Below the pieces are notes generated by a model that was not told where the DNA came from, did not search any database, and saw only the letters and a list, made by a program, of their open reading frames with translations. Position numbers and translations under genes: made by a program. Positions 1 to 12,169 of a stretch of DNA of 64,000 nucleotides are shown piece after piece. How positions within the stretch are numbered: the first letter of the stretch is position 1; every line of letters begins with the position of its first letter. The stretch comes from Heterodontus francisci (lineage: Eukaryota). The DNA lies in assembly GCF_036365525.1 (NCBI RefSeq), contig NC_090384.1, forward strand, positions 55,735,895 through 55,799,894, written 5' to 3'.

Positions 1-133
1 GATTGTGTATGTTCAAGGCCGAGATCAAAATAGTGTTGTTGTAGAAGATCAGCCATGTTCTAGTTGAATGGCAGAGCAGGCTTGAGGGGCCGAATGGCCG
101 ATTCCTTCTCCTATTTCCTATGTTTTATGTTCT
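1..133 (+). mobile_element. CR1/HER1-type LINE 3' end
   Basis: Tail gaatggcagagcaggcttgaggggccgaatggcc...ctcctatttcctatgttttatg, shared with the CR1 end at 20820-20920. Confidence 0.75.
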
Positions 134-450
134 GATGTTGATTTGACTTTACTCAATTGGTGGCAACTTTGCAAGCAATGTTAGTTTCAGCCCATAGGTT
201 TAATGAACTGCAAGTTCACTTTAGATCAACCCTAAGGGAATCATAGGTTTTACTGGGCAGATTCACACATAATGCCCTGCTTTAATGTTTACTGAACTGA
301 GGACATCAGGATGGCCAGACAGGTTTTAGTTTTGCATGGTAAGAAAACTTTAGATAACTTTGTATTCTGTAGGCTAAAATGTAGTGGTGAATAGAATTTG
401 AATATTTAGCTAAAGTCAATCAGAGAGGCCTATCTATAGGGACTGCCCTT

Positions 451-517
451 GACCAGTTGGCTCAGTTGGTAGAATTCTTGGTTTGATTCATACGGGTGTG
501 GGTTCAAGTTCCACTCC
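451..517 (+). mobile_element. tRNA-derived SINE head (SacSINE1/DeuSINE-like)
   Basis: A-box TGGCTCAGTTGG and B-box GGTTCAAGTTCC are present. There is no complete cloverleaf. Confidence 0.6.
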
Positions 518-670
518 ATGACCACCTCCCTGTACATGCTATCCACGATGATCTCAGCCTCGTGGATGCTCCACAGTGTCCTCAGCTGCCGCTCCAGATC
601 TGAAATGCAGATTTCGTGCAGCTGCAGCTGGAGACATTTCCTGCACACGTGTTCGTCCTGGACACTGGAA
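518..670 (-). mobile_element. CR1 ORF1 fragment (zinc finger/leucine zipper)
   Basis: HVCRKCLQLQL...DLERQLRTLWSIHEAEIIVDSMYREVV matches the CR1 ORF1 at 50200-50340. Confidence 0.75.
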
Positions 671-679
671 GCTGAGGTA

Positions 680-1450
680 GATAATTGGCAAGTAACATCT
701 GTGCCACAAAATTGCCAGGCAATGACTATCTCCAACAAGAGAGAATCTAATCATATACCGTTGGCATTCATTGGCATTAAGAACGCTGAGTACCCCACCA
801 TCAACATCCTGGGCATTACCATTGATTAGAAACTTAGCTGGACTAGTCATATAAATAATGTGACTACAAGAGCAGATTAGAGGTTGGGAATTCTGCGATG
901 AAAAACTCACCTCCTGACACCCCAAAGCCTGTCCACCACCTAGTAGGCACAAGTGAGGAGTGTGATGGAACACTCTCCATTTGCCTGGATGAGTGCAACT
1001 TCCACAATACTCAAACAGCAAGACACCATGCTGGACATAGCAGCCCGCTTGATCGTCACCCCATCCATCACCTTCAACATTCACTCTCTCCACCACTGGT
1101 AAAGTGTGGCAGCAATGTTTTGCACATACAAAATGCACTGCAGCAACTCGCCAAGCCTCCTTCAACAGAACCTTCTAAACCCGTGGACAAAGGAAGCAGG
1201 CATATGGGAACACCACCACCTGCAAGTTTCCCTCCAAGCCACACACCACCCTGACTTGGAACGATATCGCAACCCTTTCAGTGTTCCGACATCAAAAACC
1301 TGGAACTCTCTTCCAAACAGCACTGTGGGCGCCCCTACACCAGATGAACTGCACCAGTACAAAAAGGCAGCTCACCACCTTCTCAAAGGCAATTAGAGAT
1401 GCGTAATAAATGCTGGTCTAGCCAGCAATGCCCACATCCTATGACAGCAA
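680..1450 (+). mobile_element. CR1/L2-group LINE 3' fragment (second family; related decayed copy about 8730-9290)
   Basis: RT C-terminal peptide WQVTSVPQNCQAMTISNKR...INILGITID. Its 3' tail aaggcaattagagatg...aaatgctgg is shared with the SINE ending at about 6880. Confidence 0.7.
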
Positions 1451-1698
1451 AAATAAAAACTTTACCAACTAATTAACTTCTTTATTCATCCGACCTTCAA
1501 TTCCTTGCCTATTGATCCTTTGCAACTCACTTTCCTCTTTATAGTGCTCCTTTGCATCTTGGTACCTTTTCTTAGTATTGCTTAATTCTTTTGCATAGGA
1601 TTATCTGATTCATGTCAAAAAGTACTATAGTGTAAACCCCGTAGTATCAAGCAGCAGAAACTGCAGTGATAATGCTTTAGAACAATATTGAAAGAATA

Positions 1699-1905
1699 TA
1701 AGAAATGCTGGAACCACTCAACAGGTCTGGCAGCATCTGTGAAAAGAGAAGCAGAGTTAACGTTTCGAGTCAGTGTTCCGAAGAAGGGTCACTGACCCAA
1801 AACGTTAACTCTGCTTTCTTTTCACAGATGCTGCCAGACCTGCTGAGTGGTTCCAGCATTTCGTGTTTTTATTTCAGATTTCCAGCATCCGCAGTATTTT
1901 GCTTT
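1699..1905. mobile_element. Penelope-like element terminal repeat, inverted (palindromic) insertion
   Basis: Arms gaaatgctgga...cagcatctgtg...gcagagttaacgttt and its reverse complement, flanked by the 13-bp direct repeat TATTGAAAGAATA (1686-1698, 1906-1918). Confidence 0.75.
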
Positions 1906-2133
1906 TATTGAAAGAATACACATGTATTCAGTTGAGCACAATGCAAATCTATGGCTCTACCACCCATTCAAATAGTGAGTTCCAGACCCTCATCACCCTC
2001 TGGCTGAAAAGGTTTTGTCTCTAATCCTTCTGCCAATTACTTTAAATCGGTGCCCCCGGTTATTGACCTCTCTATGAGAATTAAAACTTGAAATCCAAAG
2101 CCTATTTTGCCTCATTGACATACAACTTGGGAT

Positions 2134-2276
2134 CTAGCTGAAAAAGTGAAAAGTACTGTAGGTACAAATAGTTAATGGCTTATTTTTTTCTCTTTCTAGT
2201 GAGTCTGGAACAGCAGGTGACTCTGTCTTAAGGCCAGGTGATTCATTGTCTATTATTGTTTGCATTTCTTCATCAC
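2134..2276 (-). CDS. Candidate terminal cytoplasmic exon of the B7-H6-like gene
   Basis: A pyrimidine-rich tract then caag| gives a phase-1 frame (G)DEEMQTIIDNESPGLKTESPAVPDSLEREKNKPLTICTYSTFHFFS*. This is part of track ORF 2134..2331. Confidence 0.4.
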
Positions 2277-3157
2277 CTTGATTGTGACCGAGATAGAATG
2301 TAAATTGCCAAGAGTAGGAGAAATTAAACATTGCATAACATAATGAAGAATTAAATATTAAATGTAATACCTCACAATCTATACATTATTAAAATTGTTA
2401 TGTCCAGGTTTCTTTCTATTCAAATAAGTTATGTCAACAGTACTTTGGAGGTTTGCAATGTTAACCGTGTCAACATCTGTTGGTGTAATAATGTTTTTAA
2501 TAAGGTTTCCCCATTGAAAACTAAGATATGCTTTCTGTCTAGATATGATCGCAGGCTTTGGCCACTGGATGGGGTTGATTTTGTGTGCCTTGGCCTGGTG
2601 TTAACATTTTAAAAGGGGCCTAATTACTGGGTGTCCAAAGCACTCGTCTGATTCAGGAAACATCGAAATTGGTGTCCAATGAAATAAAAGTACAATTTTA
2701 AGCAGGTTACAATCAGAAACATGGGTGATAGAAGAGATATAAAGGTAAGTATTCAATTATTTCTGTGGGTCCCGGAGCAGCAGAAGTAGTTCTCTGGAGA
2801 GGCCCATAAATATAATGTGGTCTGTTGCCATCCCAGGACCTATAGCTTTCATGATCATGTGTCCCGCCCACCACCAGCCCCGCTGACAACTTACCTTCCT
2901 GGCAGCCGCCCATGTCTGATATGCAGACTTCAGTCTGGTGAACTCCATCGGGACGCCTGTTTGGCGACTTGCAGCAATTCTGCCAAATTTAGATGCTGGA
3001 GGCTCAAAATCATGAGGGTGTCACTGCACTGCAACAGGAAGCTGACCAGTGCACTTCACCATCTGAACATCAAGATCTACCCCATTGATCTTGAATATAT
3101 TACTTTCATCTACTCAGCACTGAATTGGTACAATATTGGATATTTAAGTTGAGGTAA

Positions 3158-4090
3158 GAAACATAGAAACATAAACACAGAAAATAGGAGCAGGAAGCAG
3201 CCATTTGGCCCTTCGAGCCCGCTTCGCCATTCATTATGATCATGACTGATCATCCAACTCAGTAGCCTGTTCTTTCTTTCGCCCCATACCCTTTGATCCC
3301 TTTAGACCCAAGAGCTATATCTAACTCCTTCTTGAAAACATGCAATGTTTTGGCCTCAAATGCTTTCTGTGGTAGCAAATTCCAGAGGCCGACCACTCTC
3401 TGGGTGAAGAAATTTCTCCTCATCTCAGTCCTAAAAGGTTTACCCCAGATCCTTAAACTATCTTAAAAAATCCTTAAACTGAGCCCTGATCCTGGACTCT
3501 CCCACCATCGGGAACATCGTTCCTGCATCTACCCTGTCAAGTCCTGTTAGAATTTTATAGGTTTCTCTGAGATCCCTCTCACTCTTCTGAACTCCAGCGA
3601 ATAAAATCCTAACCGACTCAATCTCTCCCCATACATCAGTCCCACCATCCCAGGAATCAGTCTCGTAAACCTTCGCTGCACTCCCTCGATAGCAAAAACA
3701 TCCTTTCTCAGATAAGGAGACCAAAACTGCACACGATATTCCAGGTGTGGTCTCACCAAGGCCCTGTATAACTGCAGCAAGACATGCCTGCTCCTGTACT
3801 CGAATCCTTTTGCTATGAAGGCCAACATACCATTTGCCTTTTTTACCGCCTGTTGCACCTGCATGCTTACCTTCAGCTACTGGTGTACGTGCATATTCCC
3901 CTCTCTCAGTTTATAGCCATTCAGATAATAATCTGCCTTCCTGTTTTTGCTACCAAAGTGGATAACCTCACATTTATCCACATTATACTGCATCTGCCAT
4001 GCATTAGCCCACTCACTCAACTTGTCCAAATCACCCTGACGCCTCTCTGCACCCTGCTCACAAGTGATTCTCCCACTCAGTTTTGTGTCA
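3158..4090 (-). mobile_element. CR1/HER1 LINE, 5'-truncated
   Basis: RT C-terminus LLQLYRALVRPHLEY.VQFWSPYLRKD and an (aaacatag)n tail. Confidence 0.9.
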
Positions 4091-4756
4091 GGTAAATTCT
4101 TTAATTTTTAACTACATATATAACATTTTATTTTAATCTTCAGTTAATAAATAATGCTTAAAATATGTCTTTAGCAGATCTTTTGCCTTCCTTCAGGTGT
4201 CTCCCTCGACTTTTTCCACACGTGGGCCATCTGTTTCCTTATAAAACTTAACAATTTCCATCCTTCAGCACCTCTATTCTATCAAGGTCAAATCAATAGA
4301 CTCATCACCCTCCAGCTGCCAGAGCCAATGCCATGCCAGTTCCCATGGCAACAAATCATCTTCAGTGTGCCCTGCCTTCCCACCCAGGTGGATGTGCCTG
4401 CTGAGGTCCAGGCTCCCGATATCTGGTTCACTCGCTACTCCAACCTTGCTTCCTGGGTTGAAATAATGCTTTGGTCTCCTGGTTTCATCTATGATGCTGT
4501 TGTGTTTTTCCACTCAGTACTTGGCTCTAAGCACATCTAATCTATGCTCAGCCATCAGACTTGAATACTCCTACTTTCCGCCGAGCCCTTGGACCTCAGC
4601 ATCCCCACTCCCTGCTTGACTTTCAAACCATATTGCCCCACTTCAGATTTTTAGCTTTTATTTTGACAGTACGTTTGCCAATATCAGATAATCCAGAGCT
4701 GCAGTTCCTAACAGAATCATTTGGTATAGCTGTCATTTCAGAATTAGCAAATTTAA

Positions 4757-5423
4757 GGGCAAAAGTTTAATTCAGCTGCAGAGGCGGGATGAGGTGGACA
4801 GGCACACAATTTCCTGCTACCAGCTGGCATTCCGGTCTCCTGCCAGGATCCCGCCTCCAAGCAATTTTCATGGAGGACCCTTAAGTGGAGGGTAGCCAAT
4901 TAGACAAATTAAAGGGTCTACTAAGAGCGCTCTGTATACATAGAGTGGAATTTTCCAGTCGGCATAAGGGCCCCCTCTGAGGAAGAGACACAGCTGGGGA
5001 TGAAGGCAGCCTCCCAGTGGCAGACCAGTGCTCTACCCAGCTTGGAAAGCACCCGCCCCCCCTCACTCCATAACCACCATAGCCATAGGACCACAGCTGT
5101 GGTCGCTGGCCATCCAGTGGAGGGGTTGCCCCTCCATGATGACAACCTGGCAGCTGTGGCCTCTTTGATTTTAAAAATTTGTGTAAGTTCTTCAGAGGGC
5201 GCCTCCATCTTGAAGCACCCTCTCTTTCTTCTACCTCCTATTGGCCCTCCAACCTCAGGAGCCTGCCCGCCATCTTTAATTGGACAGGACTCCCAGTGGC
5301 AGCCCACTTAATTGGCTGTCTCTTCAAAAATCCCCTCTGGATCCCGATGCCAGCATGTGTGGGTTCCTGACCAGCATTTCCTCCCAATAGCAGGATCAGG
5401 ACACACAAACGAAAATGCAACCC
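4757..5423. mobile_element. Decayed Harbinger-type MITE
   Basis: GC-rich body with the ccttaagtgg/ttaattgg motifs of the other MITEs. The termini gggc...aaaatgcaaccc are degenerate. Confidence 0.5.
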
Positions 5424-5590
5424 TATAATTACCAGACCAACAGGCAATTATCAAATGCAGTACTTTGTATAGGGCCTTTGTGAGTATATTTTATATAGGA
5501 TTTGTCTCTTCTATCTTAATCTTAGTTAATTATTTTTCATCTAAATTTCAGTGATTCTAAAAGCTGTTATCCAAAATATTTTCCCTTTAC

Positions 5591-5713
5591 CTGATCCATA
5601 TTCACTGTTCTTCCCATGTTGCTGATCTCTCCTTGTCCCTTCCTCCTCCTTCTCTTCCTCCACTATTCCCTCCCCCTCCTCTTGGTCCTTGTCCTGTTCT
5701 AAGCCTGCTTCAG
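5591..5713 (-). CDS. Candidate acidic cytoplasmic exon of the B7-H6-like gene
   Basis: An open phase 1-1 frame, (A)EAGLEQDKDQEEGEGIVEEEKEEEGTRRDQQHGKNSEYGS, ends at G|GTAAAG in otherwise unique AT-rich DNA. The acceptor (cattag|) has a weak pyrimidine tract, so the 5' boundary is uncertain. Confidence 0.45.
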
Positions 5714-6122
5714 CTAATGACTACAGTTTGTATTAAATTTCTGTGTGCACAGGAGATTAATAATATTTCCATTATTCCGACATTCCTCTGATTCAATTTG
5801 TATCTGAGGACTACTGTGCACCATGAATCAACTGGATGCACCATGTGGTCCATAATATTGAAACAATTTTCTTTAAAGTTATTAAACTTCTATTTTCCAA
5901 CTGTACAATTGGAACTTTAATTTTATTTCACAGTTAAGTGATAATTATGATCTCTTCACAAGTATGAAATATGCTAACTTTGGTACACTCATAGTACAAA
6001 ACTGCTTGACATTTTTCACTAGTTTGTTGCAACAATTCAATCATGTACAGAATACTGCTGTAGTCATTTTATCTCTGACAAGTACTTTGTGTTAATTATT
6101 CATTTTTTGTATTAATTAGAAA

Positions 6123-6880
6123 GGGGAAGATGGTAGTGTAGTCGTAATGCCCCTGAATTAGTAATCCTGAGGCCCAGGCTAATGCCTAGTCAACATGAGT
6201 TGAAATGCCATCACAGCAGCTACTGGAATTTGAATTCAATTAATTATTTTATTTTATTTTTATTTAGAGATACAGCACTGAAACAGGCCCTTCGGCCCAC
6301 CGAGTCTGTGCCAACCATCAACCACCCATTTATACTAATCCGACATGAATCCCATATTCCCAACCATATCCCCACCTTCCCTCAATTCCCCTACCACCTA
6401 CCTATACGAGGAGCAATTTATAAAGGCCAATTTACCTATGAACCTGAAAGTCTTTGGCTGTGGGAGGAAACCGGAGCACCCGGCGAAAACCCACGCAGTC
6501 ACAGGGAGAACTTGCACACTCCACACAGGCAGTACCCAGAATCGAACCCGGGTCACTGGATCTGTGAGGCTGCGGTGCTAACCACTGCGCCGCCCCAAAT
6601 TAATTTTTAAATATCTGGAGTTGAAAGCTAGTCTCAGTGATGGTGCCATGAAATTATCATCGATTGTCATAAAAATCCATCTGGTTCTCTAATCCCCTTT
6701 CGAGAAGGAAATCTGCCATCCAAACCTGGTCTGGCCAACAAGTGACTTCAGACCTGCTGCAATGTGTTTGACTCTTTATTGCCCTCTGAAATGACCCAGG
6801 AAACCACTTAGTTCTTAAGGACAATTATGGATGGGAAACAAATGCTGGCCTGGCCAATGACACTGGCATCCCATGAAAGA
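6123..6880 (+). mobile_element. tRNA-derived SINE interrupted by an HE1 SINE
   Basis: tRNA-like head (ggtagtgtagtcgt...gagttgaaatgcc). The body resumes at about 6610, and the 3' tail is shared with the LINE at 680-1450. Confidence 0.6.
6255..6596 (-). mobile_element. HE1 SINE (V-SINE superfamily)
   Basis: tRNA head ggcgcagtggttagcaccgcagcctcacag, V-domain tgcgtgggtttt...ccgggtgctccggtttcctcccac and CR1-derived tail gggccgaagggcctgtttcagtgctgtatctct. An AATTAATT flank occurs on both sides. Confidence 0.85.
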
Positions 6881-6968
6881 ATAGAAAGAAAGACTTGCAT
6901 TTCTATTGTGTTTTCATGACCTCAGCATGTCCCAAGGCACATTAAGGCCAATGAAGAAATTTTGAAGT

Positions 6969-7878
6969 AAATTAAAATAAAAGCAAAATACTGCAGATGC
7001 TGGAAATCTGAAATAAAAACAAGAAATGCTGGAAATACTCAGCAGGTCTGGCAGCATCTGTGGAGACAGAAGCAGAGTTAACGTTTCAGGTCAGTGACCC
7101 TTCTTCAGAAGTGGCAAATAGTATAAATGTAAAAGGTTTTAAGCAGGTAAAGCGGGTGGTGGGGCAAGAGATAACAAAAGAGAAGATGTTAATAGGACAA
7201 GGTCACAGAAATTACCTGACCAGAAGGTTATGAAACAAAGGCAAATGGTATGTTAATGGTGTGCTGAAAGACAAAGCGTTTGTACAGAGAGGGTGTGAAT
7301 TGAATGTAAAGCACAAAGCACTCCAAGCACAAACATTAAAAAAAATGTAAAAAACAGAAACAGTGGGTAGGCACAGTAGAAACGAACTAACCAAACTAAA
7401 AAAACTAAAATAAAATTACCAAATAAAAAAGAAAAAAGAAAAAATAACAAAACATAAAAAGGTGGGGGGGGGGGGGGGGGGGGCCGTCTGAAATTATTGA
7501 ATTCAATGTTCAGTCCGGCAGGCTGTGGCGCGCCTAATCATTAAACGAGACGCTGTTCATTGGAACACTGCAGTATTCCCAGGACAGAGATGTGAGCATG
7601 GGAGCAGGGGGCAGGTGTTGAAATGGCCAGCAACCGGAAGCTCGGGGTCATGCTTACGTACTGAGCGGAGGTGTTCCGCAAAGCAGTCACCCAATCTGCA
7701 TTTGGTCTCCCCAGTGTAGAAGAGACCACATTGTGAGCAGTGAATATAGTATACTAAATTGAAAGAGGTACAAGTAAATCGCTGCTTCACCAGGTGACCT
7801 GACCTGAGAACCTCTGCTTCTCTCTCCACAGATGCTGCCAGACCTGCTGCGTATTTCCAGCATTTATTGTTTTTATTT
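6969..7878 (-). mobile_element. Penelope-like element 3' fragment with GIY-YIG endonuclease remnant
   Basis: FTCTSFNLVYYIHCSQCGLFYTGETKCRLGDCFAEH matches the PLE GIY-YIG domain. It has inverted terminal arms and the 13-bp flanking repeat AAGAAATTTTGAA (6954-6966, 7879-7891). Confidence 0.85.
7073..7112 (-). ncRNA. Minimal type I hammerhead ribozyme motif in a Penelope repeat (best-preserved core)
   Basis: The minus strand reads ctt-CTGAAGA-a-GGGTC act GACCT-GAAAC-GTT-aactctg: CUGANGA, stem II, GAAAC and a loop-less palindromic stem III (ACGT). Stem I is weakened to 2 bp in this copy. Confidence 0.65.
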
Positions 7879-9344
7879 AAGAAATTTTGAAATGTTGTCA
7901 CTGCTATAATGTCGAAAATATAGCATCCAATTTACTCACGGGAAGCTCCCACAAACAGAACGATCATAAATCTATATTTTTTTAGTGATGTTGGTTGAGG
8001 AATAAACATTGGCCGGGACACCAGGGAGTATTGTCCTGCCTAGATTTTCTGCTCAAGTCTCTGGCATGGCACTTGAAACCACAATCCCTGCAGTAGAGGC
8101 AACAGTGCTACGATTGAGCCACAGCTGGTTTGTATGCATTTATTCAAATAATGTTGAAGGATTTGAAATGTCATTGTTGAAACAAAACAGGCTGTAATGA
8201 AATGAAAAATGTACTTAAATGTCAAGAATATGGCTCCTTCAAATAGAACTGGGGGTTTGAGCTGGTAAAAGCATGAATGTAACCGCAGATCATTGTGACC
8301 ATAACCACCATGGCAACAGTGATCAAAAATCACTAGAGAACTCAATTATTCAAAAGGAATTGCAGTACTGACAAGACAATTACATAGATTTACAGCACAG
8401 AAACAGGCCATTTGGCCTAATTACTCAAAGCAGGTGCTTATGCTGCACTTGAGCTTACTCCCGCCTTACTGCATCTAATCTATTAGCATATCTTTCCACT
8501 CCTTTCTCATTCATGTACTTTGCTAGCTGCAACTTAAATGGATCTATACTAATTCACTTCAACTATTACTTGTAGTATTCTCCAGTCTATCATCTCTCGG
8601 GGAAAGAGGTTTCTCTTAAATTCCCCACTGGATTTCACAGAATCATACAGCACAGAAGGAGGCCATTTGCCCCATCACACCTGTTCCTTTCAATACTACA
8701 TACCACTTTGTCACTATATTAATCAATTTATAGAGGGATCAGTGGCTGGGTATTCTGCAGCAAGTGACATGCCTCCCAACTCCCCAGAGCCTCTCCCCTC
8801 ACCTACAAGGCACAAGTCAAGGGTGTTGTAGAATACTCTCCACTTGCCCGGGTGAGTGCAACTACAAGAACACTCAAGAAGCCAGCTACAATCCAAGACA
8901 AAGCAGTCCACTTGATCAGCAGCCCATCTAACACCTTAAAGATTAAGCCACTCCACCTCCAATGCACAGTGCCTGTGTTGTATAATATCTATAGGATAAA
9001 CTGTAGCAACTTGTGAAGATTTCTTCGACAGCACCTACCAAACACAGAAACCCCCACCTCCACATTCCCTTCCAATGTCACAAATTACCATGTCTTGGAT
9101 ATATATCATCATTGTTTCATTGTCTTTGGGTCAAAATTCTGCAGCACCCTAACCATCAGCATTGTGGGAGTACCTTCACCAGGTGGACTACAAATGAAGG
9201 CTCACCAGCATCTTTTCAAGAGCAAACAGGGACGGTCAATAAATCCTAGCCTTCCTAGGAACTTGCATATCCCATGAATGAACTAAAGAAAAGAAAATAG
9301 TAACAGATTATTTAATTTATTTGTAAGATTAAGAAGTACCTTAC

Positions 9345-9455
9345 CTTTTGAATACTTTTTCCAAATGTAAATTCCAAAACCAAGTGCTGCACATATCAAG
9401 ACCACAATACAGATTATAGCTGCAGCAATTGAACGATGCCCGGATCCTGTAAAGT
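9345..9455 (-). CDS. NCR3LG1: B7-H6-like gene, transmembrane exon
   Basis: 111 nt, phase 1-1, with acceptor tttttatattcttag| and donor |GTAAGG. It encodes (D)FTGSGHRSIAAAIICIVVLICAALGFGIYIWKKYSK, a ~23-aa hydrophobic helix followed by a basic stop-transfer. It is absent from the ORF track. Confidence 0.85.
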
Positions 9456-9699
9456 CTAAGAATATAAAAACAAATAAGTGTTTGAATTGACTGAAAGCAT
9501 TAGGAGAAATGAATGATCCATGATATTTAACACAGCGCTCATGCAGAAATTATGTTAACACTCAATTCCTTAGAACCACAGTAAGAGCTTAGAAAACAAA
9601 TGATTGGTATGAAAACTGAATAGGAGCAATAAAAAGTAAAATATTGTAAATGATTACTGCTTCAAGTATTCACAAGGGAAGACATGAGTAACATGCATT

Positions 9700-10430
9700 C
9701 TCCAAAGAAAGATATTCCAAGTAAAATCAATTACTTCGGTCTAAACAAGAATGGAAGCCATGGAAACGTTAAAAATTCTTAAAACAACAAGTCAAAAGAA
9801 ATAGGTGATATTTATGTCAGAGTGCTGTGAGAGCCTAGGGAGAACATTTGTGAGGCAATAATAATCATTATGAGGGAGTCCATGGAATCAGTGAAGTGAC
9901 CAGAAGACTGAAACAGAATAATATGGTGCCCATACCAAACAGGTGACAAAACAGAGACAGACAACTACAGACCCATCAGTCTAACTTTAATTGTCTGTAG
10001 AATTGTGGAATTGATTACTAGGAGCAAACCTGAGGATTATCCATACCATAATAACTGAGGAAACATCAGTTAACATGCTACATATAGGAAGCATATATTC
10101 AAATTGAATGATGTTCAAATAGTTAAGGATGAAGCTGAAAAAGGTCTAGGAATCTGAGCAGCACAATATTCAACAAGTCCAGCAAATGCAGAGCAACAAT
10201 CAACAAATGCAATAGGTGTTAAAGTACACAGCCAAAATGGTTGACCCTAAGTCAGAGCAAGTAGTGATCAAACCTTACAACAACCATGCTGGAGCCAGTA
10301 CAAAGAAGAGCCATAGGCTGATTACTAGTGCCAGTAGTCTTAATTATATTGAACAACTGGAAAGACTTTGGCATTTCGACCTATAAAGGAGGCGTTTAAA
10401 TAGCACTCTGACAAAAGTGTCTCAACTGGC
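9700..10430 (+). mobile_element. Highly decayed CR1 fragments
   Basis: Remnants such as acaactacagacccatcagtctaact (NYRPISLT) and cagaagactg (PED). Confidence 0.55.
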
Positions 10431-11219
10431 CAAGGAAATAAAATCACTAGTATCTAGAAAATATTGGATCTGCTGTGGGATGGCAATAAGATCTCACTAG
10501 ATGGATGAATTGAAATAGGTTGAATGGTCTGCGCATTGGTACCTGAAAATTGCATTGGGGCCTTAGAATCAGCGTAGGACCCAATGTAAATATTTAAGTA
10601 ACTCCTGATTGTTTTGCTCATTTCAAGGTCCACCTGAAAATTGCATTGGGTGGGCCTCTGGAGACCAAATTTCAATTGCCAGTCATCCCATTTTCCATTG
10701 TAAACAAAGTTGGGACAGTTGAGAAGTATTCCCATTGCTTTTAAGATTATGTCAAGTTCTTTTTGTAATCTCTTGTATTTGGTAAAAGTAATGATATAAT
10801 CATCAATGTCATCTGTGGGAACAGGGAGGCTGGATATTAAATTGCCAAATCAGCACTGTGTCCCACAAGCAAAACATAGGCGTTAGCGAGCATTCAGTAA
10901 TATTCTCCCACAGATGACAATTCTTTCTGTAATCCAACTTAAGCCAAACCCCTCAATATAAGCCAAAAAGCAATCCAGGATTGGGGAAAATAGCAAAGCA
11001 ACTGAACATAAAGTTAAGATTGGAGAGAACAGTGAACGTACAGCTCTTCTCCCCACCACCCACTTCCCCATCCTCCTTCAGTAGGCTGTGACATGACATG
11101 AAAAAATAAGCAGGAAGTAGGAGTCCAAGGTTAATCTTAACCCAGTTATGGCAACAAAATGAGAGTAGACTTGTCCCATCTTGTCAAGCAGAAAGTTGGG
11201 ACAAAAGGAGAGAAACCCT

Positions 11220-11937
11220 GCCCGGACCTTTATGTTGGACGGGAGCCCTTGCCCACTGGCCAAAATGTCAGGACGAGCCCGCCTCCACCAGGCCTGGGGA
11301 GCCATGCCAGGATTTTGCACTCCCCAAGCATTTAATTGGCCTCGGGCAGGACTTCCACCACTCTGAGGCAGGAAGTCCTGCCTCATGTATTTGCCAGCCA
11401 ATCAGTTGGCCAACAGCTCTCAGTCCTCGCAGTGCCACTGGGACAGATGACCACTGCTGGGAGTGCACCCAGCCACGGCAGGATCGTTGACACCGGCCCA
11501 GAAAAAAGGTATGTCTCTGGGGCCTCACCAGGGACAATCGGCCAGACCCCGGTGAGGCAAGGTGGGGGTTTGGTTGGGGGTGGGGAGGGGTTACTGTGTT
11601 GCGCAGTGGGGGTGGTTGGGCCATTGGGATTTTACTTGGTGGCGTCCTAGAGGGCCTCAGCCACACGTCAGCTGTTGGTAAAATACCAGCAGTGCAGGAG
11701 GAGGCCCTTAATTGGCAGTTAATTGGCCACTTAAGGGCCTTGATTGGTCTGGGTTGGGCAAGCCGTTTCTCACCGCCGCCACCACTTGTAAAATTGTAGC
11801 AGGGGGAGGGAAGGCATTGGGAACGCTACCCTCCCCAAGCCTGTCACTCAATTTTACAACACCCCCCCCCCCCCCCACCACCCCACAACCACCAGCAGAC
11901 TCCTGCCGGGGTGGGGGGGGCAAATAAAAGTCCAGCC
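11220..11937. mobile_element. PIF/Harbinger-type MITE
   Basis: Right TIR ataaaagtccagcc, a decayed left TIR and CCT on both flanks. The body is homologous to 41052-41812. Confidence 0.7.
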
Positions 11938-12169
11938 CCTATGTTCACCAACTCCTCCCCCGACTGACAAGAAAAGCCATGCCTAGAGTGTCCAAGAAGG
12001 ATAACTCAACCTTCTTTCGCAGCCCAGCTAAGGGAGTTTGCTGTTCTCACCTTTCCTAAATTCATCCTATTTCCACCCTAATTTTACCTCTCCTCTAATT
12101 CCCTTTGCACCCCATTCTCACTCAATTCCCTCTTCTTCCATTTCCCCATCTGTAAGAATACAGAAAAAA

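Larger units (their letters stand above)
6891..8127 (-). mobile_element. SacSINE1/DeuSINE-like SINE split by a Penelope insertion
   Basis: Tail acttgcatttc...catgacctcag, body tttttagtgatgttggttgagg...ggacaccaggg and head acttgaaacc...ttgagccacagctg. Confidence 0.65.

Noticed and set aside
451-517. tRNA gene (also 6123-6210 and 21385-21460)
   Set aside because: Only A/B boxes are present, with no full cloverleaf. These are SINE heads.
7464-7483. Poly-G/C runs (also about 11862, 35126, 51290) as functional G-quadruplexes
   Set aside because: They are homopolymer expansions inside repeats, with no independent support.
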